DNA of 64,000 nucleotides, taken from the NCBI RefSeq assembly GCF_036588685.1, contig NC_086379.1, positions 3,968,001 to 4,032,000 of the forward strand, in the 5' to 3' direction. Below are positions 48,770-62,108 of this stretch, piece by piece (the stretch's first letter is position 1; each line of letters opens with the position of its first letter). The notes beneath the pieces were generated by a model that was given only the letters and a program-made list of their open reading frames with translations, was not told the origin of the DNA and searched no databases. This DNA is from Mytilus trossulus (taxonomy: Eukaryota). The position numbers were made by a program, and so were the translations under genes.

Positions 48770-51700
48770 TCATTTTCCATAATCAGTAGTTCCTCTTGTG
48801 GAGGAATAAGTGATCCTTTTGTTTAATTTAAATCGATTTGTTGTCAGATTTGCAACTGCAAGAAAGAAACCTGTTAGACCACAAAGCAAGGTAAAAATAT
48901 ATTCCAGCCACTCGGATTCATAGAGGGCGTTGAAAATACCTATAAACCAGAAAACTCCCGATAAAGCGACCATCCGAAAGTACATTTTAGCGTCTTGGTA
49001 TATGTTCAGTTTTCGAATGTGGGCAGCTTCAGTTCGAATTTTGCAAACTTGAATAATCACAAAAAACAAACAAGATGAATTTACAAATACTGATACCATA
49101 ACAGGTCCTGTAAAAAAGATCAGGTTAGCAAGGTAATTATTTGGAAAACAGGCATATGAACCGTATCCAGCAGAAAGAAAACTAGGACCAAATACATCAA
49201 TACAGATAGATGGAATAACTAAAAATAAGGGCGTTATCAATCCTAAGGCAGTTAATCTTCTTTTTCTTTTTCGGGAGCTCTCGGTACTTTTAAGTCTCCT
49301 AATTGTCAATTTCGACAACGTTGAAGTAATACATGCGACAGAAATAGTCATAAAGGAAAACACAGAGAGCAGCAAATAATGAAGTGTAACCCCAATTACA
49401 TAACACAGTGTTTTTATTTCTGTAGCCCCAATGCCAACCATAAATAAAATGTTTGATAGCATTATTGATACAGATATGTTTTCAATGTTAGAAATCGGAA
49501 TACTAGTGGTCATACGTAATTTGCGATTGACTATAATCAGTACACATAACGCAATTGCTGATACAGAGAAGGAAACGTATGTTATCATGACAAATATTGA
49601 ATGAGTTTTTAAATTAGAAACAGTTAAACAGCTCATTTCATTGACGTGTAATTCTACTCCCTCAAACTGAGCTTCAATGTTAACCTCGCCACATCGCCAA
49701 TTGTCGATCTGGTCCAAGCCAAATACTCTGTTATCAGAGGGAAATGTGTCGAGTGATTCAGATCTAAAATAATGGTATCTATAGTCCTGCTGCTGAGAGA
49801 TCAAAGAAATATTTGTACCATTATTTGGCATATAATTTGAGTTAAGTATTTCAATCTCTGGATTATAAGTATCGTTTTTTAAAATAACCCTAATTTTTCT
49901 TTTCGTTAAGTATTTTCGAATTTCTTCAATTTCATGGCGGAATGCGGATTTATGTATAATCATTTCCACTCGTACAGTAGCAACAAGTCCGTTGTCATTT
50001 ATCCAAATCTTGAATTCGGATGTTCTTATGGTAAAGTTCCCTGCATTGTAGCTAAAGCTTACCATTACAGCAATTTGGTGAAAGCTTTCTTCCTCTATCA
50101 CTTGGTTTGAAAACAAAGAAAACATAAAATCTATACCAATGTTTGTGTATACATCAAACTGACTGCACATACCTCGTTGTTGTATCTGAAAAAAAAGGAT
50201 TTACAAATTTATATAATAAAAATTATATTTTTTTTAACTGACAAGGACTAAAATCGTCTGTTTACGAACTTTAAAGTTATAAAGAATGTAAGATTTATAA
50301 TATAAGTAAAAATTAGCTTATATGGAATTTTGCTTATGTCCTTTTCGGTCATTAGCCTCTACGACTGTTTGGGTACTTATCTTGGCTTTGAGCGTGGCTG
50401 AGGAATGTAAATCACGAACAGCATTTCACACGCACGAAATTTATAACATATAGTTTGATTTTTTATTCAACATTTATTTATGTCTACGTATTTAAACGTA
50501 ACAAGTGTTTTCCATATAAATGTATTTTCCCGCGTTTCGGAGTATAGCGGGAAAATGTTATCTAAAAGGAACGTTTAATAAGAACGATATATATATTTTT
50601 GGCGGGTTTTTGTTATGTGTAGTTGTAAACGGGGATACGTGGACCAATCATTTGGATTGTCAATAAGTATTCTTATGTTAATGAGGTGAAAGCGGGTTTT
50701 AAATTTTCTTGGGTTTGAAAAACCATTCTAGCCGCAGACGTTCAACACTAAACATGTCGGAGCCGGCAGAAATAAACATGCTCATCGACCGAAAAATTAA
50801 AGACGCTATGAGCCAGAACCAGAACGAGATACTGCAGAGCATCGACAGATTAATGTCTACTCGTTTAGACACGTTTCAGAGATCCGTCCACGAAACGCAG
50901 AGGCAGTTATCAGAAACTCAAATGTCAAAAATTCAGCAGATGAACACTGAAAATTACGTTTTCAAGCGAAAGGGAAACGAGGAGCAGTTCAAGGTTAACA
51001 CAAAAATCGCCAACAAGATGAAAGAGGCCAGAAGTATTCTAACAGAATCGCAGGACAACAACGAAAGTACAGAGGGCGCGATGAGGAACACTTGTGAAGG
51101 TTTGGACATTCTTAATCATCGACAAAAATTGATTAAGCTCGCGGATCAGTCCGAGAACGGAAGGAGAACAAATACGGATTATGAAACGCACAACCTTGCA
51201 GATGACTCAGAAGACGAAAAACACATAATACGAGCAGAAAACAAAGCGTCGAGGAAAATGAAAAGCGACAAAAAGTTTAAGACACGTACAACTCCTTATA
51301 GTGCCCCACAGTCTACTCGATTCAGCTCAGTTTATCAACAGAGTACAGTTAACATTCCTGTGGTGCATCGACCCGGAAAATGTTATGAGTGTGGTATATC
51401 AGGACATTGGAGGTCAGACCATTATAAGCAGGGTTGGCAATCTCAGAAAGAAAAGTCTGATAAGATAAGTACTAGATTATTTAGTAGTGATTTATCTGTT
51501 AATTTTGGTAGAGAAAATGCTATAGTTTTATGTAATTCACCTGTAGGTAAATTAAGAAGTTCAATTGATTATTGGCGTAATATTATTTGCGCTAACGAGA
51601 CAGTTATTGATATCCTAGACCATGGATATAAAATACCTTTTCACACAGAGCCAAGTGAGTTATTTTTCGAATAACAACAAATCGTCTTTAGAGAATTCAG

Positions 51701-54700
51701 ATTTTGTAGAAAATGAGATTTTAAAGTTGATAGAATTAGGATGCATAAAAGAATTTTCATGTAATCCTAAAGTGGTCAATCCGTTGACGGTAGCTATCAA
51801 TAAAAACAAATTAAGGTTAGTTTTAGATTGTAGACACATTAACCCACATCTTCATAAATTCAGATTTAAATATGAAGATGCTAGCGTAGCCAGTCAAATG
51901 TTTAAGAAAGGAGATTACTGCTTTACTTCCGATTTGAGATCGGCCTACCATCATATAGAGATATTTGAATCACACAAGACATATTAAGGTTTTGCTTGGG
52001 TCAAAAATCGGGAAACAAAATATTATGTCTTTAATGTTTTACCATTTTGTATATCTACTGCTGGTTATATTTTCACCAAAGTTGTAAGGTGTATTGTAAA
52101 ACATTTACGAAATTCAGGTTTGAAGATTATCATGTATTTAGACGATGGCTTAGGCGGGGCTGACGAAACTAGCATAGTTGTTCAGAAAGTACTGAAAGCT
52201 TCTGGGTTTTTTTTATAGCAGAAGATAAATGCAATTGGACACCTAGCCAAAATGTGGTATGGTTGGGTTTGGTATGGCAATTTGACAAAGGCATGGTTTC
52301 AGTCACGGAAAGGCGACTTTCCAAATTGTTAGATACTTTAAATAGAATTATACGAAAAATAGGTAAAGGAGAAATACACGTTTCGGCAAGGTTTCTTGCT
52401 TCTATAATTGGTCAGATCATATCTATGCAAGGGGCAGATGGTCCTGTAGTTAGACTACGTACACGAAGTATGTATGAATGCATATTGTATAAAGCAAGCT
52501 GGAATGCTAATGTTCTTTTGAACAGTTGATCTCTTGATGAGATAGTTTTCTGGAAGGAAAATATAGAGAAAATGAATGGCAGAGAATTGCATATTGTTGA
52601 GCAATATTCGAGTGTAGTATACACAGATGCCTCGGGCATAAGTTACGGTGGCTATTTGGTAAAAGCCATAGACGAAGAGATTATGGGTAGTTGGAACGAT
52701 GGAGAAAAATTGAAAAGTTCTACTTGGAGAGAGCTTGAGGCAGTTTATAGAGTACTGCAGTCTATATCTATGTCATTAAAAGGTCAAACAGTTAAGTGGC
52801 ACACAGATAATCAGAACGAAGTAAACATAATAAAAAAGGACAGCAAGAAATCTGATTTACAAAATATTACAATTAAAATAGCTAATGTATGTGAATTAAA
52901 CTGCATTAAGATCGTACCAGAGTGGGTACCTAGACAAGAGAACGTTAAACCAGATAAAATTAGCAAGACTATTGATTGCGATGATTGGGAGATAGACGAT
53001 ATTAAATTTGAATATCTTAATCAGAATTGGGGTCCACATACCGTAGATAGGTTGCCACTGATTGCAATGCAAAATGTAGCATATTCAATACTAAACACTG
53101 GTGTCCAGGTAAACTGGGTATTGATGCTTTCAGTCAGTGGGGTAAAGAAAATAACTGGATTGTGCCACCACCTTCAGACATATCCCGATGTATACACAAA
53201 ATAATACAAGATAAAGCAGATAGCACGTTATTTGTTCCTTTATGGGTTTCAGCACCATATTGGCCACTTTTACACAAAGTCAATGGTAATGTTATAGAAT
53301 TCGAATCGTTCATTAAAGATAGTAAAATATTACCATCAACAGTTATCAAAAAAGGTCGAGGTAGAAATGGTATGTTCGGAAAATCCACAGATTTCAGGAT
53401 GTTGGCTATGAAAATAAGGTTTTTATTTATTTCATTCTTTCCTACAGGTATCGGTCTGAAAAGCAGGGTGTTGGAGCAATTACAAGATGGAGGGATTCTC
53501 TCGGCTGACTTTGACGAATTGGGACGTAAGATGTCATCGTATTTACTGCAGTCCAGAAGTGACAATACTAACAATAAATATTTTTATGCTTATAAACGGT
53601 GGGAGAGATTTATATTGAAACAAGGGGGACTATTTTTGCCAGCAAAGCCTATACATGTAGCCCTATATTTAACCAAACTGATAGACACAGGTTCATCTTA
53701 TAGTGTAGTTCAGTCAGCATTTTACGGTATAAAATGGGCACATACAGTTCAAGGTATTTCAGATTCCACAGAAAATGCATTTGTGACTAATTGACTGGAG
53801 TCTTCTAAACGTCAACCACATAAACCGAAAGTTAAAAAGGAACATATTGATTCTGAATCTATTATTGAATTTTGTATAAAATATAAAGACAGTAATGATA
53901 TAGCTATTTTAAGGGATTTATGTATGATTGTTCTTAGTTTTTCTGGTTTTCTTAGATACAACGAGCTTAGTTCTCTTCGATGTAAATCGATGTTCATTTC
54001 AAAACTAATTATTTAGAAATTGATATTGACAAAAGCAAACCTGATCAGTATAGATTAGGGGAGAAATTAGTTATTTCAAATGTTGAGTCTGCTGCTTGTT
54101 CTTATAGTTTATTGTCCAAGTATTTCAGTATTTGTAAAATTGAGTCCAGTTCTGAGCAGTATTTATTTAAACCTATGTTTAGATCAGGCAAACGGTGTTC
54201 GCTAATTTACAAGAACAAAAAACTGAGTTATACCAGAGCTAGAGAGTGTATAGTAGCTAGACTCAAAGAAGTTTGTGGTGATATACACATAGGTTTACAT
54301 TCTTTAAGGGCAGGTGGAGCCACTGTCGCAGCTAACGCTGATGTTAACGAACGCTGCTGGAAACGGCATGGTCGATGGAAATCTGATACTGCCAAAGATG
54401 GGTACGTGGCAGACTCACTTGCACATCGTTTAGAAGTTACTAAGAAGCTAGGTCTTAAGCATTTTCATTTTATTGTATATCATTTACACTTTTTCTGCCC
54501 TTTCTTTGTGTTTCTAGTCTGCACGGCTAAATGCATTGCTTTGTGTTTGTTATTATTGTAGTGTAGTTAAGACATGTATTTTCCCGCGTTTCGGAGTATA
54601 GCGGGAAAATGTTGTCTAAAAGGAACGTTTAATAAGAACGGTATATATATTTTTGGCGGGTTTTTGTTATGTGTAGTTGTACACGTGGATACGTGGACCA

Positions 54701-57150
54701 ATCATTTGGATTGTCAATAAGTATTCTGATGTTAATGAGGTGAAAGCGGGTTTTAAATTTTCTTGGGTTTGAAAATCATTCTAGCCGCAGACGTTCAACA
54801 CTAAACTTCAATGTTTCATAATATTTGATATTGTATATTATTTTTTTGTTTTTTCTTGTGATGGAGTTTGGCATCAATGTCCCGAGGCGTGCCTTGCACT
54901 TGCTCCGAACACAGGTTTCCATATCAATTTTCTTTCATAAAGTTTTTGATGGTTTTTCCTGGGCGGCAAGGTTTACGTTAAAGACGGATATCTTTACATA
55001 CATAAATACATACATACATACATAGAGATATGGGCTCTTATTGATTCAGCGTAAACTTGTTTCAGATGTTTATTCTTTCTGTGTACCTCATTTGGAATGT
55101 ATTTGTATTTCATATATGTCATGATTTATAATATAATATATACATTAAACGCCGGCTCTGTTAGTCTGCACGGCTAAATGCATTGCTTTGTGTTTGTTAT
55201 TATTGTAGTGTAGTTAAGACCACTAATTGAACTGAATCCTATTTATTAAACCAAGAACATGTAAGCATTATTTGTATTAACATAAATCTCAGATCAATAC
55301 AAGTGCATCAGAAATAAAATATTTAGTTTGAAATATTCACAAATAGATTTTCAAAAGAAATTCAAGTTAACAATGAATTTGATTTGTCAAAGACAATAAT
55401 CAGAAGTTGACGCAAATTGTTGCTTGCTTTAGTGAATAAAATATGGTACACCTTCAGTCCGATAAGAAATAACCTGGAAATCAAATTAAAATAACATTAA
55501 CGGTACCAATTTTACTCCTTAGATATGCATTTAGACAATACATGTCTCTTCAGTGATGATCGGGGTCAAAATATTTGAAACCCAAAGCTTATATACAAGA
55601 TGTAGAGCTATAATCCAAAAGGTCCAAAAAGTATAAGTTTTGGCAAAGTGGACAATCAGAAATATTTGTCTTACCTTCTCTGTCCATTCCTTGCATTGGT
55701 TTTCATCATTATAACCTCCTGCTGGATTTCCCAAAGATATAAGTATCGACAAACTGAAGACATCGTCTTTCCAGATATTAAAGTCAAATATTTTGTATAT
55801 ACATAATATAGTATACATATCGCTTGCAATATTTGAGTCTAGGCAGAAATAATTCTTATATAATTTTATCAATTTAGGTACTAAGATAGGATTACTGTGA
55901 CTTTGACATCTGTTGTTGCTGCTTGTTGATATAAGATTTGTCATACAAAACCGAAGGTTGGTGTTGCGTGGTGGAATAACCTTGTAATCGGCATTATTGA
56001 GAAAATATGTCATTCTGTTCTCCCTTTTCAAACTAGACATAAATTCATAAACACCTTTAACAGAAGCAAACACAATATCAAATTCTTGAACATCTGTTAT
56101 ATTGTTACATAATGCACAAAACTTATTCTTGAATGTGAGGATCTTTCCATGTGACACAAATAGACCGTTTTTCGTTAAATTATTTTGTAAACATCTTTCT
56201 TTCACAGTTCTGTTTTCATAAGAATCAGGACAAGAATCCACTGCAAGGAAACCAGTTTTGTCCTCAATGCCAACGACATAAGTCTGGGGATAGCAGTTAA
56301 ATGAAAGTTGACTATTGCTGTTTCTGATGGTTCTATTATAATCATTACAACAGTCTTTAAACATTTGACAGTCGCTATCACAGTTACAGTACCATTTGGT
56401 TTTATTCTGTGCAATAGAACAAGTTCCATACTCATGACACAAACCACGGTGAGTTTCTTGTGTGGTAATTAGATTCATTGTTGGCTGAGTACTCAAACCA
56501 CTGAGTATATTCAAAGTCTCATTTCTTTCCAAAGTCTTGGTTCTTGGAGAAATCTTTCTTTTAATGTTAGTGAATCCTTTCGAAAAATCATCTTTAAAGG
56601 TCATCATTGATGTCGTAAATAATGCAAGGTGATATCTTTCTTCGTCTTGGGTTTGCTTTGCAGAACCATCAGATGTCATCTCCGTCTTTGTTGCAGTATT
56701 CTTAGTACCATTTACAGAACCATAATGAAACCTCTCCATATATGTTGCTGTATTATTGTTGCTATCAGTTGAACCATCAGGTGTTATCTTCGTTATTTTG
56801 ACCGTATCATAATGGTAATGTGTTGAACTGTCAGAGCTCCGTTTCCTCCTTGTAACAGTATTCTGGTAGTAATCAACAGAACCATTAGAAGTCCATCCCA
56901 TCTCTGCGACTGTATTTGTATCACTATTTGCGGAATTACTGATCATATCCGTATTTTCGACAGTATCATTATTGTAATTTGTTGAAACATCAGAGCTCCT
57001 CTTCCTTCTTGTGACTGCATTTTGGTTGTAATTTACAGAACTATTACGGTTTCTCCCTGTGTTTATGGTGTCGGTGACATAATTCCATGATAAGACACCG
57101 CATACTAGAAGAAATAATATGGGTAAATATGACTGTCGAGATGTCTTCAT
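48770..57150 (-). CDS. Family-2 (adhesion/secretin/methuselah-like) 7TM GPCR with a somatomedin-B-like domain, ~963 aa, two exons
   Basis: Exon 1 is 55675-57150: ATG, signal peptide YLPILFLLVCGVLS, SMB-like CNCDSDCQMFKDCCNDY, FKNKFCALCN, donor AAG|GTAAGA. Exon 2 is 48770-50185: acceptor TTTCAG, phase 0, seven hydrophobic segments including LCYVIGVTLHYLLLSVFSFM, GYG..ACF and FFTGP. Confidence 0.88.
50520..50753 (+). repeat. Split direct repeat A1 (copy A2 at 54574-54806)
   Basis: ~234-bp direct repeat with about 7 differences by eye between copies. Confidence 0.95.
50754..51480 (+). CDS. gag-like ORF of the DIRS element (3' end approximate)
   Basis: ATG lies immediately after repeat A1. Contains FKRKGNEEQFK, RQKLIKLADQSE and the zinc-knuckle-like CYECGISGHWRSDH. 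Confidence 0.75.
51480..53420 (+). pseudogene. Disrupted pol: reverse transcriptase, RNase H and methyltransferase-like domain
   Basis: RT motifs LRLVLDCR, DLRSAYHH and YLDDG (YLDD at 52135-52146). RNase H motifs YTDAS, SSTWREL, TDNQ and WVPR. After a frameshift near 53050: FATDCNAKC...DAFSQW...NNWIVPP. Stops at 51985 and 52527, frameshifts near 51665 and 52210. Confidence 0.88.
53440..54460 (+). pseudogene. Disrupted tyrosine recombinase of the DIRS element
   Basis: FSGFLRYNEL (catalytic Arg region), HSLRAGGAT and HGRWKSD..KDGY. Stop at 53792 and a frameshift near 53985. Confidence 0.88.
54515..54573 (+). repeat. Split direct repeat B1 (copy B2 at 55162-55220)
   Basis: 59-bp identical direct repeat, TAGTCTGCACGG...GTTAAGAC. 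Confidence 0.95.
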
Positions 57151-59659
57151 CTTAATGCTCAAACAACTAGTACCAAAGCATCGGACTCTTTATATACCCG
57201 ACAGAGTTGAAGATATAATGCGCAGTAACAATTAATAGGTGGAGAGCAGCGACTTTAAATATCAGTTTCAAACGGAATTTGTACAAAATAAAATGTGTAT
57301 ACTGTTGATCACCAAATTCATATTGAATCATCAATATTTACTGCTTGTTTTGGTAATTTGAAGTGCATTCAAACTGCTGATTTGAAAAAAAAAGAAATGC
57401 ATATTGGTAAACATACAATCCTTATTAATTTTCTTTTCAAACTAAATCAGAAAGATAATTAGTTCATTAAAGAACCTATATGTTTCAACTGAAATATCAT
57501 CATGTTTTAAGGTAGCTTTTTATAATGCAGTTATTCAGCAATCACTGTATATAAAACGACTAAAATGTAATTAAAATTTAATTGTAATCGTTCGTCATTC
57601 ATTTATTTACAAAGATCCTTTAAATGCAAATGTCCAATGTATCGGTTCATTTGGTTTGAAGCTATATATATAATTACAGTAAACCTTAAATATCCCATAT
57701 TATCTTTTATTCAAATCTGCTAAATACAATCAATTGTCCAAAAATAGCAGTTTTTGTTTTTCATCATTTGAATCTGTATTTTTGTGTCTTGAACTAACGA
57801 GAATAAAAAGATATTGCATATTTGCCACTCGAACAAAAAGCCGATGACACAAACATCATTAAATATCTACCAAACACACATGTTTATATACAAATATAAT
57901 AATTTCTGTAAATATAGAAAATGCAATTTCCCCTTGGAACTCAATTTGTTATTGCAATTATGTCACTTTTACTATGAAGTTTCGTAAAATATTAAATCCT
58001 AGAAAAAAAAGTTAATATGCAGTTCTATGTTATTCAAATGTGGAAACAGAAGTATGTGCAGCTTGTTTTCAACTTGTATATGCCCCGAACTTGTTAGAGT
58101 TTAAACTCTGTTCTAACACTACCTTCACGTTGGGCCTACTTAAGAATTAAATTTCACCGCAACATTTTTTTTACAGCTGACATTCCCAAGTTATGTCTCT
58201 ATGACATGAAAAAAAGAGATTATATCTTGGAACCAGTACGAAAACAAAACAAAATATTCATGAAGATCATATACTTCCCAAAAAGAGACGTGGTTTATGG
58301 AACAGCTGTATTTACGTGTATTTTTAAGTGCAACCAATAAAAGTGCTAAATTAATAATGTGTAATTTTAATTTATTTGAAGTCATTAGCCATTTATATAT
58401 GAAATGATATGAGATGAATTGAGATAGCACGGTATGATATATGCATTGACAACTTTACCAGGAAAATGAAACATAAAGCTGAAAAATGGTAAAAAATGAT
58501 AGGCAAACAAAGAATAAAAAAAAAGAATCTGGAGATGTTTACCGCAAACAAATAAGCAATAGTTGACAAAACATCTAAAAATTATACAATTTTTACAAAA
58601 AAGTAGGTTTCAACTTTAAGAATATTGTATAAATAATCGGTGGTGTGTCATCTGTAATTTGGACGACAAGTATATCGGGCCGTTTTCTCATACTTATCGT
58701 AATTTGTTCTTAGGAAAATCGATTTGGTTGTTTCAAGTTTCTTGTTTCTTTTACATTGTCTAGTACTGGGGATGTGCCACTAGTGGTAAACTACTCGTTG
58801 GTATCACCAATTCAATACTTAGTACTTTGGAACCAACAAAACTTCCTCCGATAAATTTGGCTGTTCTTTTTAAGCCCTGTTTTGTTCTAATACATATAGC
58901 AGGCATACATTCAAATAATTTACCTACTTGGTTTTCTTACGTTTATGGTTGAGAGTTCCAAATAAAGATAGCGCTTCGGTTGCAACTATTAATTGAGTGT
59001 TATTTCTAATTTATATTGAATTTATTCATAGCAATGAATATTTGACAAATTAGAATGACGAAAAGACACGGAATTATATCTTGTTATTTCACAGTTGAGG
59101 CATAAAATGTAGTTATGAGAATTGATCGCTGATCGTGTGCAAATTTTTTAAGTAGTATTCCTGTTGAATTAATCAAAGACAAAGACTCCTGTACGGCAAA
59201 TTTGAACTTTTTCAATAGCCATTCTGACCTACAATTTGTTATTAAAAGCCATGCAGACTTGGAAGGTTAGAAACAAATACAAGTAACTGCAAGGTAACTG
59301 TACAAAATGACAGTTCTCAATGAATCAGGGACAATAAATTTCTTAGAACGAAAGTGAACATTGTATCATAGCAGGAGAATGACAGTTGTTATCCATTCTT
59401 TTGGTGTGTTTGAGCTTTATATTTTCCCATTTGCTTATAAATTTTGAATTTTTCCGTTACGTTCATTATTGAATCTTTCTATACCGGAAAATTGTCCTAT
59501 TTGTTAGTGAACATGATATGCCAGTCTTCATAAGATTAATTCATCAGTAACGCTCCGATGACAATAGTTATAAAGCAAAACAAGTACAAAGTTTAAGAGC
59601 ATTTTGGAAGGACCCAAAATTCGAAAAAAAGTTGTGCCAAATACGGCTAAGGTAATTTT

Positions 59660-61215
59660 CAATTCAATTCAAATTCATTCAAAGCTTTATTTATAGTCGG
59701 CATGTTACTTAACAAATAAACATAAGCTCTCTGAGCTTTTATAACCGACAAATGCATACATTTACATAACAATCATACACAATACAAATATTAAAACATA
59801 AAGGTATAGAACATACATTTCATGCATATTTAGGCTGCACTATTTAAATACTATATATTATTCACATGCTTAAGCATAAGCACTAAAAGCAAACATAAAC
59901 TAAAGAACAGCATTCTCAAATTATAAAAAGCTAAGCAAACATTCTCAAAAAGCAGCACTATTATATTTTCAATTGTGGAGATAACGGTGTCTATATCTCT
60001 ATTTGCATAAGGTTATGCGTTGTCATCAGTATAATTGTAAAGTGAACTGTGTGTGGTCAAGTGAAATATATCATTAATGAAAATGTTGAAAAGTATAGGA
60101 CCAAGAATAGAACCTTGTTGAACTCCTTTGTATATATTTTGCCAATTGCTCAGATTAGAGCCAACTCTAACACATTGTTTCCTTTTAGATAAGTAATTTT
60201 TAATGAGTTTTAATGGGGAAGTTGAAAGATCATATGCTTCAAGATTAAGCAGTAGAAGATCGTAAGAAAGACAAACGAACGCCTTAGATAGATCCATTAG
60301 CATTGAGCCAATACACTTATTTTGATCAAGTGCCATTGGCCAGTCCTCGATGATTCTGAGAAGGGTAGTTTGACATCCGTATTTCGGTCAAAAAGCAGAT
60401 AAGTATAGATGAAAGTATGTATTGAAGTATTCAACAAGCTGGTTGTAAATTGCTAGTTCAAAAAATTATGAATTTGAAATTGCTGGAAGTATACTTACTG
60501 GTCTATAGTTGCCCACATCAAGAACGTTGTTCTTTTTATGCAATGGTACAACTTGTGCCTTTTTTTAATTTGTCTGGAAAAGTGGCTGATTTATCTTATT
60601 TATCAATTCAGTTATTGGTTTTGTGATAACTGGTTGTGCTAGTTTTAGCACTTTAACTGATATGCCATCAATTCCTGTTGTCTTTTTGATATTTTTAAAG
60701 TTGTTTATCTACAAATTCATTTGAGAGGCCACAAAATTGTAGTTGTTGTGTGGCAGAATTGTTTTCGTGTATTTTTTAACACTTGTATGGTTAATATTAG
60801 CGATGAGTTGTTGCCAATATCTTTATCCACATTTATAAAAAAGTCATTGAAGTGTTCTGCTACTTTCTTTTGGTCACTTATTATGGTTTCTTCTTCACAC
60901 AGAATGATGTTTTTGGTGAAGTTGATACCTTTGTTTGTAATAAAAGGTTTAATAGTAGGCCAGAAATCAGATGTTTTGGTCCGCCTATGCAGCGTTCGTA
61001 AAAGTATGTTTTAATGGATTTTTTCTTTATTTTATTGACTAGATTTCCCAGTTATTACCTGATTTTGTTATACCTATTGTACAGTTGTCTTTTTTTGTAC
61101 ACTGCTTTTTGTAGCTCCTGGCTCATAAATGGTACTGGTTGTTTACATTGTGTTCTTTTTTTTCAAGGGAGCATGTTGGTCTTAAACATTTACCACAACC
61201 TTTTCCATCTCTGAA
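59660..61215 (-). mobile_element. CR1/L2-clade LINE fragment (RT pseudogene plus (TTGAA)n-like 3' tail)
   Basis: LMDLSKAF, GVQQGSILGPILFNIFIND and YNYTDD at 60013-60336; NYRPVSILP-like sequence near 60490; tail at ~59660-59690. Confidence 0.8.
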
Positions 61216-62108
61216 TATACCTGATTTATTCCTGGGATAAGAAAATCCTTATTTTTTTCGAAAAATTAAAAGTTTTGTCAACAGGTAATTTATTAGAATG
61301 ATCGTATAATTGTTATTCATGTCTACACCGGAGTGCTGACTACTGGGCTGGTGCACGTGATACCCTCAGGGACGAAACATTAAAATCCTTTATCAAATGT
61401 CAAAAACAATTGCTCAAACGCATCAAACGTATGGAAAATAACTGTCATAATACTGACTTGTTCGTTTTTAAAAAAGATAAAGAAGACTGTAGTTCTGAAA
61501 AAGCTAGTTGTCGTTATTTTCATTTTGTCTGAATGGCATCATTTCTTGTTCACCTTTATTTAAGTGAAAGTATCATTACTTATCCTGCCATCAAAGAAAC
61601 GTGTTATTTCAACTTTTTCATAGCAGTAGACAGTATTTCTCTTTCAGAATACTTATTATTTCATTCCATCACAATACATTTCTACGGCTTCAGAAATGTT
61701 GATTTACGACTGATATTTTTGTTTGCTAAACGTCCAGTGGCAGTTTTTTTATGTAATTTTTAAACGAGAACACTTGTCTAGAAAGACCAATGGGGGGTTA
61801 TGTGCACATAAAACATGTTAAATCCAACAAAATTTGATGCCTTGACATATTTAGGCTATCTGGACCATTCGTTGTTCGCTGTAATGTCTTTTTCATACGT
61901 CTTGTTTTTTTAAATGAGTTGGAAGTTGTGGGTTTATGTGTTTTGTTTGTATAACAGACGGAATAACAATGAATCAGAAAGAATAGCTCTAAAGCGAGAT
62001 TAACCCGAGAATAAGCAATAGTATTCAACTACTAATGAAAGAAAGAGGTGGGTTTTTCCATGTTAAATAGAAAGAGAGTTTGAGAATATACCTTAAAGGG
62101 AAAATGAT

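Larger units (their letters stand above)
50520..55220 (+). mobile_element. DIRS-order tyrosine-recombinase retrotransposon, PAT-like (split direct repeats), decayed; antisense within the GPCR intron
   Basis: Structure: A1 (50520-50753), gag, RT/RNase H/MT, YR, B1 (54515-54573), A2 (54574-54806), spacer, B2 (55162-55220). No TSD. Confidence 0.92.

Noticed and set aside
53134-53574. 146-aa minus-strand ORF inside the DIRS element
   Set aside because: Antisense shadow of the MT/YR coding region with no recognisable motif.
55531-55674. Hydrophobic C-terminal extension of the 543-aa ORF as a TM anchor
   Set aside because: It lies past a strong in-phase donor (AAG|GTAAGA) and runs into a hammerhead-repeat relic; read as intron read-through.
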